Below, one piece after another: positions 30,195-39,560 of a stretch of DNA of 64,000 bases (positions within the stretch are counted from its first letter, which is position 1; each line of letters begins with the position of its first letter). The notes beneath the pieces were generated by a model that was not told the DNA's origin, did no database searches, and was given only the letters and a program-made list of their open reading frames with translations. Made by a program: the position numbers and the translations under genes. Source of the stretch: Polyangiales bacterium (GTDB lineage: Bacteria; Myxococcota_A; Polyangia; Polyangiales; Polyangiaceae); assembly GCA_038230375.1 (NCBI GenBank), contig JBBRNJ010000011.1:1-64000 (forward strand). Direction: 5' to 3'.

Positions 30195-31226
30195 ATGCGT
30201 ACCGGCCTTGTCCTCGGGTTCGTGTCGATGTCCCTCTTCACCGCGTCCTTCGCGCTCGCGCACGGCGACGAGCCGGAGCACAAGAACGAGGCGGGTGAAG
30301 AGAAGAAGCCCGAGGGCGACACCGCCGAGAAGAAGGAAGAGGGCAAGGAAGAGAAAGAGGAAGAGGCCGAGTGGGAGGTCACCGGTGACCTCGTCGTCGG
30401 CGCCGCCAACACGGACATCGTGACCGCGGGCCCGCCGGGCCGCCGCGAGGGCGTTCCGGAGAACACCCTCGACAGCTCGCGCGTGACGGTCATCTCGTTC
30501 CTCATCGGCCTGGAGCATCCGATCACCGACAAGATCACCGTGGGCGCGCGCATGCCGTTCATGGACGGCAGCATCGCGTCGCGCACGGGTCTCCTTGGCT
30601 CGCGCAACGGCATCTTCATCGCCGGCAACTTCGAGCTCGGCGCCACGTACAAGATGCCGCTCGGCGGGCACAACCTGGAGCTCACCCTGGAGGTCGGTCT
30701 CCCCACGGGCTCGGGTGTGGAGCAGCCGTCGAAGGAAGAGATCGAGAAGGACCCGGCCAAGACCTACCAGTACAACCGGATCGACAAGGCCGCCGTCATG
30801 CGCGCCACGTCGTGGTCGCGCGGCCAGCTGGACTCTGGTCTCTTCGAGCCCGGTCGTATCGGCATCACGCCGAAGGTCGCCTACCCGATCGACATGGGCA
30901 AGCTCTCCATCCGTCCGATGCTGAAGGTCGAGAACCTGATCGACGTCACGGGCGACGCAGGCCAGGGCTACGTCGGTGAGATCGTCTTCGGCGCGCGCGC
31001 CGGCTACCGGGTCCACCCGAAGATCGAGCCGGGCCTCGCCGCATGGGCGAACATCCTCTACACGAAGGCTGAGATCGATGACCCGTCCGTCGTCGTGGTC
31101 TCGCCGTACGTTCGCTTCCACCTCCCGCACGTGAAGCCGTACGTCGCAGGCATCATCCCGGTCGCGGGCCACCTCGTGGCCGACAAGGCCTACGGCGTCA
31201 GCATCGGCGCGGTTGCTGAGTTCTAG
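30195..31226 (+). CDS. Putative outer-membrane beta-barrel protein
   Basis: Signal peptide ending ALA-H, Glu/Lys-rich linker, alternating strands, LPTG, terminal Phe. Confidence 0.65.
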   Translation: MRTGLVLGFVSMSLFTASFALAHGDEPEHKNEAGEEKKPEGDTAEKKEEGKEEKEEEAEWEVTGDLVVGAANTDIVTAGPPGRREGVPENTLDSSRVTVISFLIGLEHPITDKITVGARMPFMDGSIASRTGLLGSRNGIFIAGNFELGATYKMPLGGHNLELTLEVGLPTGSGVEQPSKEEIEKDPAKTYQYNRIDKAAVMRATSWSRGQLDSGLFEPGRIGITPKVAYPIDMGKLSIRPMLKVENLIDVTGDAGQGYVGEIVFGARAGYRVHPKIEPGLAAWANILYTKAEIDDPSVVVVSPYVRFHLPHVKPYVAGIIPVAGHLVADKAYGVSIGAVAEF

Positions 31227-31294
31227 GGCTGGATCTGGGCGGGGCTGGTGGCCTCGTCGTTGGCCCTGACGTCGCGACCGCGTCTTTGTCTCGC

Positions 31295-31410
31295 GGGCCC
31301 TTCGGGCCCCTCATCGGCTCCGCCGACGAGCCTCCCCACGATTCGCTGTCGCGATGTCGTGCTCTCGCACGACGCAGATCAGCTCGGTCAGCGCGTTGCT
31401 AACGCACTGG
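31295..31410. repeat. REP-like array of short hairpins, copy 1
   Basis: GGGCCC-TTC-GGGCCC, CTCATCGGC-TCC-GCCGACGAG-CCTCC, GTCGTGC-TCTC-GCACGAC, GCGTT-GCT-AACGC. Confidence 0.6.
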
Positions 31411-31411
31411 C

Positions 31412-31574
31412 GTTGACGTCGTTCACGATGTCGACGTCGAGGTTCAGGTCGAGGTCGAGGTCGAGGTCGAGGTCGAGGTTCAGGTCGAAGTCGAGGTCGT
31501 CGTCGAGGTCGTCGTCGAGGTCGTCGTCGGGGCCGAGGTCGCCGTCGGGGTTGACGTCGTCGTCGTTGTTGTTG
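31412..31574. repeat. Degenerate (GTCGAG)n tandem repeat 1
   Basis: Directly visible; overlaps the 3' end of the SDR gene. Confidence 0.9.
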
Positions 31575-32418
31575 CTCCGTCTACCAGGGCTTCGCTGAGC
31601 TCCCAGAGGCGCTTCGCGTCGGCTTCGTTGAGGGCGGCGCGGGTGGGGCGGGCGATCTTGCACTTGTCCCAGTACTCGCCGGTGATGCCTTCCACGTCCG
31701 GCGAGGAGCAGAGGTGGACCTGTGTCTTGGCGCCGTCGTCGGTGTTCGCGAGGAATGGGCGACCCAGCGTCAGCAGGAAGCTGAAGAGGCCGCCGTACGT
31801 GTGGCCGAAGCCCGACGCGATGACGCCGGGATGAAGGCAGTTCGCCGTGACCTTGGTGCCAGACAAACGGCGCGCGAGCTCCTTCGTGAAGAGGATGTTC
31901 GCGAGCTTGCTCTGGGAGTAGGCGCCCATCGCGCTGTAGCTCGTGTGCTCGAACTGTAGGTCGTCGAAGTTCATCTTCCCACGGCGATGGGCCTCCGACG
32001 ACACGCTCACGATGCGCGACGGGCCGCTCTTCTCCAGCAGATCGCGCAGCAGCTTCGTCAGCAGGAAGTAGCCGAGGTGGTTCAGCGCGAACGTCTCCTC
32101 GATGCCGTCCACGGTCGTGCGGCGCTGCGGCACCAGGAGGCCGGCGTTGTTGAGCAGCACGTCGAGCTTGTCGACCTTGCGGAGGACGTCGCTCGCGACA
32201 CGACGGATGTCCTTCTGCGAGCTCATGTCACCGACGATGAGACTGACGTCCTTCGCGCCGGCCTTCTCGATGTCGACGATGGCGGCCTTGCCCTTTTCTT
32301 CGCTCCTGCAGACGAGGACGAGCTTTGCGCCCATCGCCCCGAGCGCAACGGCCGAAGCCTTGCCGATTCCCTGATTCGCGCCGGTGATGAGCACCGTCTT
32401 GCCGTGCATGTCGGTCAT
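31480..32418 (-). CDS. Short-chain dehydrogenase/reductase, retinol-dehydrogenase-like
   Basis: TGANQGIG, NNAG, NHLGYF, YSQSK, LHPG; Thr/Ser tail derived from the repeat. Confidence 0.92.
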   Translation of the reverse strand: MTDMHGKTVLITGANQGIGKASAVALGAMGAKLVLVCRSEEKGKAAIVDIEKAGAKDVSLIVGDMSSQKDIRRVASDVLRKVDKLDVLLNNAGLLVPQRRTTVDGIEETFALNHLGYFLLTKLLRDLLEKSGPSRIVSVSSEAHRRGKMNFDDLQFEHTSYSAMGAYSQSKLANILFTKELARRLSGTKVTANCLHPGVIASGFGHTYGGLFSFLLTLGRPFLANTDDGAKTQVHLCSSPDVEGITGEYWDKCKIARPTRAALNEADAKRLWELSEALVDGATTTTTTSTPTATSAPTTTSTTTSTTTSTST

Positions 32419-32480
32419 GGTCGCCGAATCATGCGTCCCCCGGGCCCGAATGGGAACCCCAGCGCGTCGATTAAACCTGG

Positions 32481-33698
32481 TTATTCGGCGTACATCTGGA
32501 TGTCGGTCGCGGCCTTGAACGCCATCCGATGCGCCTCCGCCCAGTCCGGATGACGGACCTGGACCCAGCCGTCGGACAAAAGCGTGTGCTTCCAGTTGCG
32601 GCGCGGCGTGCCCGGTCGCAGCAAGCGGTCCTCCGTGACCCACTGTCCGCACTCGTGCCGCCAGGCGCCAAGGCCGTCGATGCGGGTGATGCGCCCACGG
32701 CCGAGCGCTCGCTTGAAGATGATCGCGTCGTTGTACTTTCGCTCGGTGCTCGCCGCGAACTTCTGGTGGCAGACCACACGCGCCCATTCGCGGAAGAGAT
32801 CGATGTCACACGTGTAGTTCATCTGGTCGACCAGGCATGCGCCGCCGGGGCGCGCGCCGATCTCGCCGAACACGGCCTCGCCCTTGCTCGTGAGGTACCA
32901 CTCCATGTGCGTGAAGCCGTCGTCCATGCCGAGCGCAGTGAGCACCTTGCGCCCGAGCTCGATGCCGCCCTGGAGTCGCTTCTGCTCCATGTCGCGCACG
33001 GTGATGATCACGGGCGAGATCCACTCCTGCGTGCGCATCTCCAGCGGCTTTGGCAGGTAGGACGCTACGTTCTCGAAGACCGGTTTTCCGCCGATGCATA
33101 CGGTGTCGAACGTGAACTCCTCGCCCTCGATGTATTCCTCGCAGCTTGCCTCCGGGATGCCGCGCATGCGCGGGAGCACCTCTTCCAGCTCCTTCACGCT
33201 GGTGATGCGGTACGTGTCTGCGCTGCCGGCGCCGTCGATCGGCTTCAGGATGAGCGGGTAGCCGATCTCCTCGGCGGCGGCGCGCACCTCTGTCTCGGTC
33301 CGCACGCGGCGCGACCTGGGCACGCGGAGGCCGGCCTTCGCCACGCGCTCCTTCATCAGCTGCTTGTCGCGGAAGCCCGTCGCCGTGTCCACGCTCATGC
33401 CTGGCATTCCCCACCGTTCGCGCAGCCGCGCCGCGAGCACCACGAGCGGCTCCCAGTTCGCGGCCACGCGGTCGATCGTCTTGCCGCGCAGCCAGGCGGA
33501 GACGCGCGCGATCACGTCCTCCTCGTCCATGATGCGTGGAACCTGCAGGTAATCGTGCAGGTAGGGCTTCACCGCGTCCGGCAGGTGCTCGCGCGGGGTA
33601 TCGGCGACGCCGTAGACCTCCGCGCCCACCTCTGCGAGGCCACGCGTGTACTGGATCATTTCCGGCGGATAGAGCGGGGCGAGGAAGACGACGCGCAT
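32481..33698 (-). CDS. ATP-grasp protein 1
   Basis: FRDKQLMK, GYPLILKPIDGAGSADT, EEYIEG, THMEWY, EIGARPGG. Confidence 0.9.
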   Translation of the reverse strand: MRVVFLAPLYPPEMIQYTRGLAEVGAEVYGVADTPREHLPDAVKPYLHDYLQVPRIMDEEDVIARVSAWLRGKTIDRVAANWEPLVVLAARLRERWGMPGMSVDTATGFRDKQLMKERVAKAGLRVPRSRRVRTETEVRAAAEEIGYPLILKPIDGAGSADTYRITSVKELEEVLPRMRGIPEASCEEYIEGEEFTFDTVCIGGKPVFENVASYLPKPLEMRTQEWISPVIITVRDMEQKRLQGGIELGRKVLTALGMDDGFTHMEWYLTSKGEAVFGEIGARPGGACLVDQMNYTCDIDLFREWARVVCHQKFAASTERKYNDAIIFKRALGRGRITRIDGLGAWRHECGQWVTEDRLLRPGTPRRNWKHTLLSDGWVQVRHPDWAEAHRMAFKAATDIQMYAE

Positions 33699-33799
33699 GC
33701 CCGACGAATACCACGAGCAGCGGCGGTTCTGCGCGGGGAGCGTGGGGCGTTTCCGTGACGGTGGTTGACGAGCGACGCGGCCCTTGCGAAGGTGCGCCC

Positions 33800-35017
33800 A
33801 TGCCCCGAAACGTCGTGTTCGTAGCCCCGTTCCCGGCCGAGACCACCATGCGGTTCGTGCGCGCGGTGAAGCGCCTTTCGGACGTGCGCCTGCTCGGGGT
33901 CGTGCACACCCCGCCGGGTGGCAGCGACGCGAACGTCTACGACGACATCGTCCGCATCACGGAGCCGCTCAGCGGGCGCGACATCCTGGACGGCGTGCAG
34001 GTGCTGCGTCGCCGGCATGGGCAGCCGCATCGCATCGTGGGCATCCTGGAGCCCACGATGGTGCAGCTGGCGCAGGTGCGCGCGCATTTTGGCGTGCCGG
34101 GAACTCCGCCAGAGACCGCGGAGCTCTTTCGCGACAAGTCGCGCATGAAGGTCGCGCTCGCGAAGGCAGGGCTGCCCGTCGCCAAGCATCGCCTCGTGCA
34201 CAACGAAGAGGACGCACGCGAGTTCGCCGCGCTCGTGGGGTTTCCGATCGTGCTGAAGCCGCCGGCGGGCATGGGCGCGAAGGCGACCTTTCGTGTTGCG
34301 ACGGAGGATGAGCTCGTCTCGGCTGTCCGAGGGATGTCCGTGTCTCCGTCGAACCCGACGCTCGCGGAGGAGTTCTTGAAGGGACGGGAGTTCAGCTTCG
34401 AGACCGTGACGGTGGGCGGCGTGCCGGAGCTGTGCTCGATCTCGCACTACCTACCGAGCTGCCTCGACGTGCTCGAGAACCCGTGGATCCAGTGGTCCTG
34501 CATGTTGCCCCGCGACATCTCGGGGCCCGAGTACGAGGCCGCGCACGTGATGGGCAAGGCCGCAGTGAAGGCGCTGGGCCTGGACGACGGCGTCACGCAC
34601 ATGGAGTGGTTCCAGCGGCCCGACGGCAGCCTGGCCATCGGAGAGATCGCGCAGCGACCGCCCGGCGCGAACATCTCCCGCATGATGGGGCTCGCGCACG
34701 ACGTGGATCTCTATCGCGCGTGGGCGAGGGCAGTGGTGGACTCCGCCTTCGACGGCCCGTGGAAGCGCAAGTACGCGGTGGGCTGCGCATACCTGCGCGG
34801 CATGGGGCGCGGCCGCGTCGCGGGCCTGAGCGGCCTCCACGAGGCGCACGAGGCCGTGGGCAAGTACATCGTTGAAGCCGACCTACCCAACATCGGCACG
34901 CCGAAGAGCGACAGCTACGAAGGCGACGGCTACGTGATAGTCCGCGACGAGAACACCGACGTCGTGAAGGCCGTCCTGAAGCACATCATAGAGACCGTGA
35001 AGGTCCACTACGCGTGA
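33800..35017 (+). CDS. ATP-grasp protein 2
   Basis: FRDKSRMK, GFPIVLKPPAGMGA, EEFLKG, THMEWF, EIAQRPPG. Confidence 0.9.
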   Translation: MPRNVVFVAPFPAETTMRFVRAVKRLSDVRLLGVVHTPPGGSDANVYDDIVRITEPLSGRDILDGVQVLRRRHGQPHRIVGILEPTMVQLAQVRAHFGVPGTPPETAELFRDKSRMKVALAKAGLPVAKHRLVHNEEDAREFAALVGFPIVLKPPAGMGAKATFRVATEDELVSAVRGMSVSPSNPTLAEEFLKGREFSFETVTVGGVPELCSISHYLPSCLDVLENPWIQWSCMLPRDISGPEYEAAHVMGKAAVKALGLDDGVTHMEWFQRPDGSLAIGEIAQRPPGANISRMMGLAHDVDLYRAWARAVVDSAFDGPWKRKYAVGCAYLRGMGRGRVAGLSGLHEAHEAVGKYIVEADLPNIGTPKSDSYEGDGYVIVRDENTDVVKAVLKHIIETVKVHYA

Positions 35018-35048
35018 ACCGGGTCGCCTCGATTCACGGCGAGGGGTT

Positions 35049-35567
35049 TCAGTGGCCGAAGGCGTGGATGGTTCCTATGTGCAGGTGCGTTGCGTTGTTG
35101 TCGTTGAAGTAGGATTTGGTGACCGAGGAGCGGTAGGCCTTGTACGCGCCTCCCAGTCCGATCTCGTGGACGTACGGGTTCTGTGAGGCCAGCTGGATGA
35201 GGCGCTTCGCTTCGCTGCCGTTGGTCGCGTACATGTCCGCGCAGTGGCCACCCGCGTGGGCTGCGGCGCCGTCGTTGTGGTGGTCCGAGCGGATCGCCGA
35301 GATGTAGAAGGAGGGCGCTCCGTGGTCCTTCATCCAGCCGATCGCGGCGACCAGCTTGTCGTCGGTGTAGCCGGTCTTGAGGAGATCGCCTGGGGCGCTC
35401 GCGTGTCCCTTCACCTCGTTGTAGACCGTCTGGCGATTGAACCCGCCGAGGTCCTGCGACGTGTCGTCCGTGGCGGCGGGATCCTCTGCGCTGTTGTCGG
35501 TCTCTGCGGCGCAGGCGGTGGACATGGCGGCGATGAGGAGTGCGGCGAGCGTGATCGAACGAGACAT
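35049..35567 (-). CDS. Small lipoprotein, possible M15/LAS-type peptidase
   Basis: Lipobox STAC; ISAIRS...HAGGHCAD...HLH; GGAG SD. Confidence 0.6.
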   Translation of the reverse strand: MSRSITLAALLIAAMSTACAAETDNSAEDPAATDDTSQDLGGFNRQTVYNEVKGHASAPGDLLKTGYTDDKLVAAIGWMKDHGAPSFYISAIRSDHHNDGAAAHAGGHCADMYATNGSEAKRLIQLASQNPYVHEIGLGGAYKAYRSSVTKSYFNDNNATHLHIGTIHAFGH

Positions 35568-35807
35568 GAGAGAGCTCCTTCCGGCAGGGCCGGGATGGGC
35601 GCGCGAGCAGCGCGTGATCCCTTCAGGAGCATGAGGTGTGCCGTAGGTCTTGTACGCGTATTTCCCTACATTTCACGCGCTGGGCGCCATGAAGAAGATC
35701 GGGGTGGTACGGGTGTCTGGGGCTGGCTCGAACCATCGCGCGCGGACCGTCGCCGCCGGGAGACACGCGCGTGAAAAATTCCACTACGGGCGCGCGCCCT
35801 CCTCGCT

Positions 35808-37265
35808 TCAGGCCGCGAGCAACTTGTAGATCGCTTCGTAGGAGCCGATGCGCTCGTCCCAGCCGAAGCGCTGACGCATGCCGTTGCGTTGCAGCGTGGC
35901 CATGCGCGCGCGGTCCTCGGGGCGGCCCTGTCCGAATGTTGCGAGCGCCGCGCTGAGGCCGTAGCGCAGCCCGCCTTCGTCGAAGTGATTGAACACGAAG
36001 CCCGTGCCTCGCTCGCGCCGCGCATCGAACGGCGAGACCGTGTCCGCGAGGCCGCCCGTGCGATGAACGATGGGCGCCGTTCCGTATCGCAGGCTGTACA
36101 TCTGGTTCAGACCGCAAGGCTCGTAGCGCGACGGCATGAGGAAGAAGTCGGACCCAGCTTCGATCTGGTGGGCGAGCGGCTCACTGAAGCCCGGGCGATA
36201 CGTGACCTGCTTGCCGAAGCGCCGCGCGAGCCCGTGGAAGAGCGCCTCGTACTGCGGCTCGCCCGTACCCAGCACCACCATCTGCACCGCGCGGGAGGCG
36301 AAGAGCTGCGGCAGCACACCGAAGCACAGGTCGAAGCCCTTCTGCCACGCCAGCCGCGAGACGATCCCAAGCAGCGGCACGCCGGTCACGTAGGGAAGGC
36401 CGGCCGCCGCAAGCAGCGCCTCCTTGCACTTCTCCTTGCCGGAGAGATCCTCCGCGCTGTAGTGCGCCGGTAGGCTCCGGTCGGTGGTGGGATTCCACTC
36501 GCCCTCGTCTATGCCGTTGAGCACGCCGAAGAGCACGTCGCGTCGGCTCCGGAGGAACGCGTCAAGGCCCACGCCGTGCTCGGGTGTCTGGATCTCGCGC
36601 GCGTACGTGGGGCTCACCGTGGTGATGGCGTTCGCGTAGAGGATGCCCGTCAGCAGGAAGTTCACGCGTCCTTCACGGAGGTGGTCCTGGTGGAACAGGT
36701 GCGCGTCGTTTGCCATCCCGGTCTGCGGGAGGATCTTCGCGTCGAAGCCGCCCTGATGGCCGATGTTGTGGATGGTGAGGACCGTGCGCGTCTGGGAAAA
36801 CAGCCGGTCCCACGAGAACGCCGTCTTCAGGAGGAGAGGGATGAGCGCGGTCTGCCAGTCGTTCGCGTGGACGATGTCCGGCGAGAACCCCAGGCGCTGG
36901 CAGAGCACCAGCGACGCCCACGAGAGCACGATGAAGCGGAGGTGCTCGTCGCTGTCCTGCGTGTAGATCCCGGGGCGGTCGTAGAGGCTCGGACACCAGA
37001 CGAAATACACGGGCACGTCCGCGTTGGGGAGCTTCGCCTCGTAGATCGAGAAGATGACGCGCAGGCCGCCAAGGTCGATCTGCGCATCCTTCACCACCGG
37101 CTCGAACGATCGGCCTGCCTTGAGGACGCGGCTGTACATCGGCATCACGATCCGGACGTCGTGTCCGCGGCCCTGCAGGGCGCGCGGAAGGGCGGCGGAC
37201 ACATCCCCCAGGCCCCCGCTCTTGGCGAACGGGGTCACTTCGGAGGCTACGAACAGTACTTTCAC
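35808..37265 (-). CDS. glgA: Glycogen synthase
   Basis: SEVTPFAKSGGLGDV, HANDWQT, TIHN, SRLAWQKG, PSRYEPCGLNQMY. Confidence 0.95.
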   Translation of the reverse strand: MKVLFVASEVTPFAKSGGLGDVSAALPRALQGRGHDVRIVMPMYSRVLKAGRSFEPVVKDAQIDLGGLRVIFSIYEAKLPNADVPVYFVWCPSLYDRPGIYTQDSDEHLRFIVLSWASLVLCQRLGFSPDIVHANDWQTALIPLLLKTAFSWDRLFSQTRTVLTIHNIGHQGGFDAKILPQTGMANDAHLFHQDHLREGRVNFLLTGILYANAITTVSPTYAREIQTPEHGVGLDAFLRSRRDVLFGVLNGIDEGEWNPTTDRSLPAHYSAEDLSGKEKCKEALLAAAGLPYVTGVPLLGIVSRLAWQKGFDLCFGVLPQLFASRAVQMVVLGTGEPQYEALFHGLARRFGKQVTYRPGFSEPLAHQIEAGSDFFLMPSRYEPCGLNQMYSLRYGTAPIVHRTGGLADTVSPFDARRERGTGFVFNHFDEGGLRYGLSAALATFGQGRPEDRARMATLQRNGMRQRFGWDERIGSYEAIYKLLAA

Positions 37266-37272
37266 CGCGCCC

Positions 37273-37296
37273 CCTATAGCAGCTGAGTGCTATAGC
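37273..37296. promoter_or_regulatory. Palindrome forming back-to-back extended -10-like elements
   Basis: CTATAGCA-N6-TGCTATAG; reads TG-C-TATAGC on plus and TG-C-TATAGG on minus. Confidence 0.6.
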
Positions 37297-37311
37297 GTGC
37301 ACCCCTAGACC

Positions 37312-38559
37312 ATGGCCTTCGATGTCGTCTTCCTGGAGCCCTGTTTTCCGGCCAACCAACGCGAGTTCGTGCGTGCGCTCGCGTCGTGTGGTGCGCGCGT
37401 CACGGGCATCGGTGAGCGGCCGAAGTCCGCGCTCGATGCGGACCTCCAGAACTGGCTCTTCCACTACGAGCAGGTCGGCAACATCACGAACGAGGAAGAG
37501 GTAGAGCAGAAGGTTCGCTTCATCCAGGGCAGGGTGAAGGTCGACCGGCTCGAGGCCGTCGTGGAGGCGCACGTCATGTGCGCGGCGCGCGTTCGCGAGC
37601 GCTGCGGCATCCCGGGCACCAGCGTGAAGTCCACGTTCCTCTGTCGCGACAAGCCGGCCATGAAGGAGGCGCTCGCCGCAGCAGGCATTCCGTGCGCGCA
37701 GTCACTCGGCAGCGCGAGCACCGAGGAGATCCGCGAGTTCGCGAACAAGGTGGGCTTCCCGCTCGTGGTGAAGCCACGGGATGCAGCCGGTGCGTCGGGC
37801 ACCGTGCGCGTGGACTCCGATGACGAGCTGCGCGCCGCGCTGACGTCGTTCGGCGTGGAGCGCGGCCGCAGCGTGGCCATCGAGGAGTTCATCGAGGGCC
37901 ACGAGGGCTTCTACGACACCCTCACCGTGGGAGGGAGCGGCGGCGGGCAGATCATCCACGACTTCGCCTGCCACTACTATCCGAACGTGCTCGAGGCCAT
38001 GCGCACGCGCTGGATCTCTCCGCAGTTCATCACCACGAACCGCATCGAGACCGCGCCCGCGTACACCGAGGTGCGCGAGATGGGAAAGAAGGTCATCGAG
38101 ACCCTCGGCCTCACGAACGCCGCGACCGCCACGCACATGGAGTGGTTCTTTGGACCGAAGGGCCTGAAATTCAGCGAGATCGGCTGCAGGCCACCCGGCG
38201 TGCGCGCGTGGGATCTCTACGCTGTCGGGAACGACTTCGACATCTACAAGGAGTGGGCCATGGGCGTCATCTTCGGCAAGCCCAGCCAGACCCTCTCGCG
38301 CCGTTACTCCGCGGGCATCATCGCGCTGCGTCCGGGCTGCGACGGAAACATCGTCGGCTACGACAACGTCAGCGAGGTGCAGCGCCGCTTCGGCGAGTGG
38401 GTCATCGACTATCACTTGCCCGAACCCGGCACCCCCACGCAGCCCGTCTCCGCTGGCTTCATGGCGAACGCCTGGGTCCGCATGAAACACCCCAACTACG
38501 ACGAGCTTCGGGGGATGCTCGATTTCGTCGGGCAGACCCTCAAGGTCCGCGCGGCCTGA
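37312..38559 (+). CDS. ATP-grasp protein 3
   Basis: CRDKPAMK, GFPLVVKPRDAAGASGT, EEFIEG, THMEWF, EIGCRPPG. Confidence 0.9.
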   Translation: MAFDVVFLEPCFPANQREFVRALASCGARVTGIGERPKSALDADLQNWLFHYEQVGNITNEEEVEQKVRFIQGRVKVDRLEAVVEAHVMCAARVRERCGIPGTSVKSTFLCRDKPAMKEALAAAGIPCAQSLGSASTEEIREFANKVGFPLVVKPRDAAGASGTVRVDSDDELRAALTSFGVERGRSVAIEEFIEGHEGFYDTLTVGGSGGGQIIHDFACHYYPNVLEAMRTRWISPQFITTNRIETAPAYTEVREMGKKVIETLGLTNAATATHMEWFFGPKGLKFSEIGCRPPGVRAWDLYAVGNDFDIYKEWAMGVIFGKPSQTLSRRYSAGIIALRPGCDGNIVGYDNVSEVQRRFGEWVIDYHLPEPGTPTQPVSAGFMANAWVRMKHPNYDELRGMLDFVGQTLKVRAA

Positions 38560-38570
38560 CACCGGAAATA

Positions 38571-39560
38571 ATGCCGAAAGCCCCCCGCGCCGTCGTCCTT
38601 CTGGGCGCACAACGTTTTGAGCCGACCCTCGCCGAGGCCGTGAAGGACCTTGCGATCAAGGGCCGTCTCGCCGCGATCACGGCGGGCTGGCAGGAGCGCG
38701 AAGAGGAAGACGACGATCTCGCAGAGCACCTTGCTCCGCTCTCCGTCACCACGGAGAACCTGCGGCTTCACGCCCGCGCCGAAGAGGTGTTCCGCGCCGA
38801 TCCGGAGTTCCACAAGGCCCACCGCGAACGCCAGGCGCTCCTCCGCCACCGTCAGGATTTCTATCGCATCCGTCTGGAGCACGCGCTCGACGCCGCCCAG
38901 GTGATCCGGCAGCGGCAGGCCCCCGAGGCGATCCTCGAAGACGAAGCACACGCGTCCATCCAGGCGATCCGCGATCTGGATCACATGCACCTTTCTCGCT
39001 GCGCGATCGATCGCGGTGAGTTCGAGGATCGCTACAAGCCGTTGAAGAGGGCAGCCCTCGCGAAGCACCGCTCGGAGATCGCGGAGATCATCGCCGGCTC
39101 GGAGGGCGTCGCGATCGCCGGCGGTCACGTGGCGTCGCTCTTGAACCGTCTCGATCTGTTCGGCATCGCGCCGATGCTCGGCGGCAAGGCGATCTTCGCG
39201 TGGTGCGCAGGCGCCATGGCCATCAGCGACCGCGTGGTCCTCTTCCACGACTCGCCGCCGCAGGGCGTTGGCGCCGCTGAAGTGCTGGACGCAGGGCTGG
39301 GGCTCGCGCCTGGTGTCGTGGTGCTTCCGCAGCCGGAGTTCCGCCTTCGTCTGGACGACAAGGAGCGCGTGCAGCTCATGGCACGCAGATTTGCGCCTGC
39401 GGTGTGCCTTGCGATGCCCGAGCGGTCGCGCGCGCGCTGGAAGTCCGGGCGGGTCGAGAGTCAGCAGGGTGGGGTGTTCGAACTGCGCGAAGACGGGACA
39501 CACGCGGTCAGCGTGGCCCGCCACTCCGTGCCCCCCATGAAAGGACACGTGGCGTCATGA
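38571..39560 (+). CDS. Peptidase S51 / class I glutamine amidotransferase-like protein
   Basis: ITAGWQERE, IAGGHV, AWCAGAM elbow, GLGL. Confidence 0.7.
   Translation: MPKAPRAVVLLGAQRFEPTLAEAVKDLAIKGRLAAITAGWQEREEEDDDLAEHLAPLSVTTENLRLHARAEEVFRADPEFHKAHRERQALLRHRQDFYRIRLEHALDAAQVIRQRQAPEAILEDEAHASIQAIRDLDHMHLSRCAIDRGEFEDRYKPLKRAALAKHRSEIAEIIAGSEGVAIAGGHVASLLNRLDLFGIAPMLGGKAIFAWCAGAMAISDRVVLFHDSPPQGVGAAEVLDAGLGLAPGVVVLPQPEFRLRLDDKERVQLMARRFAPAVCLAMPERSRARWKSGRVESQQGGVFELREDGTHAVSVARHSVPPMKGHVAS

Noticed and set aside
31412..31574. GTCGAG tracts as a CRISPR array
   Set aside because: Simple hexamer microsatellite with no unique spacers and no cas genes
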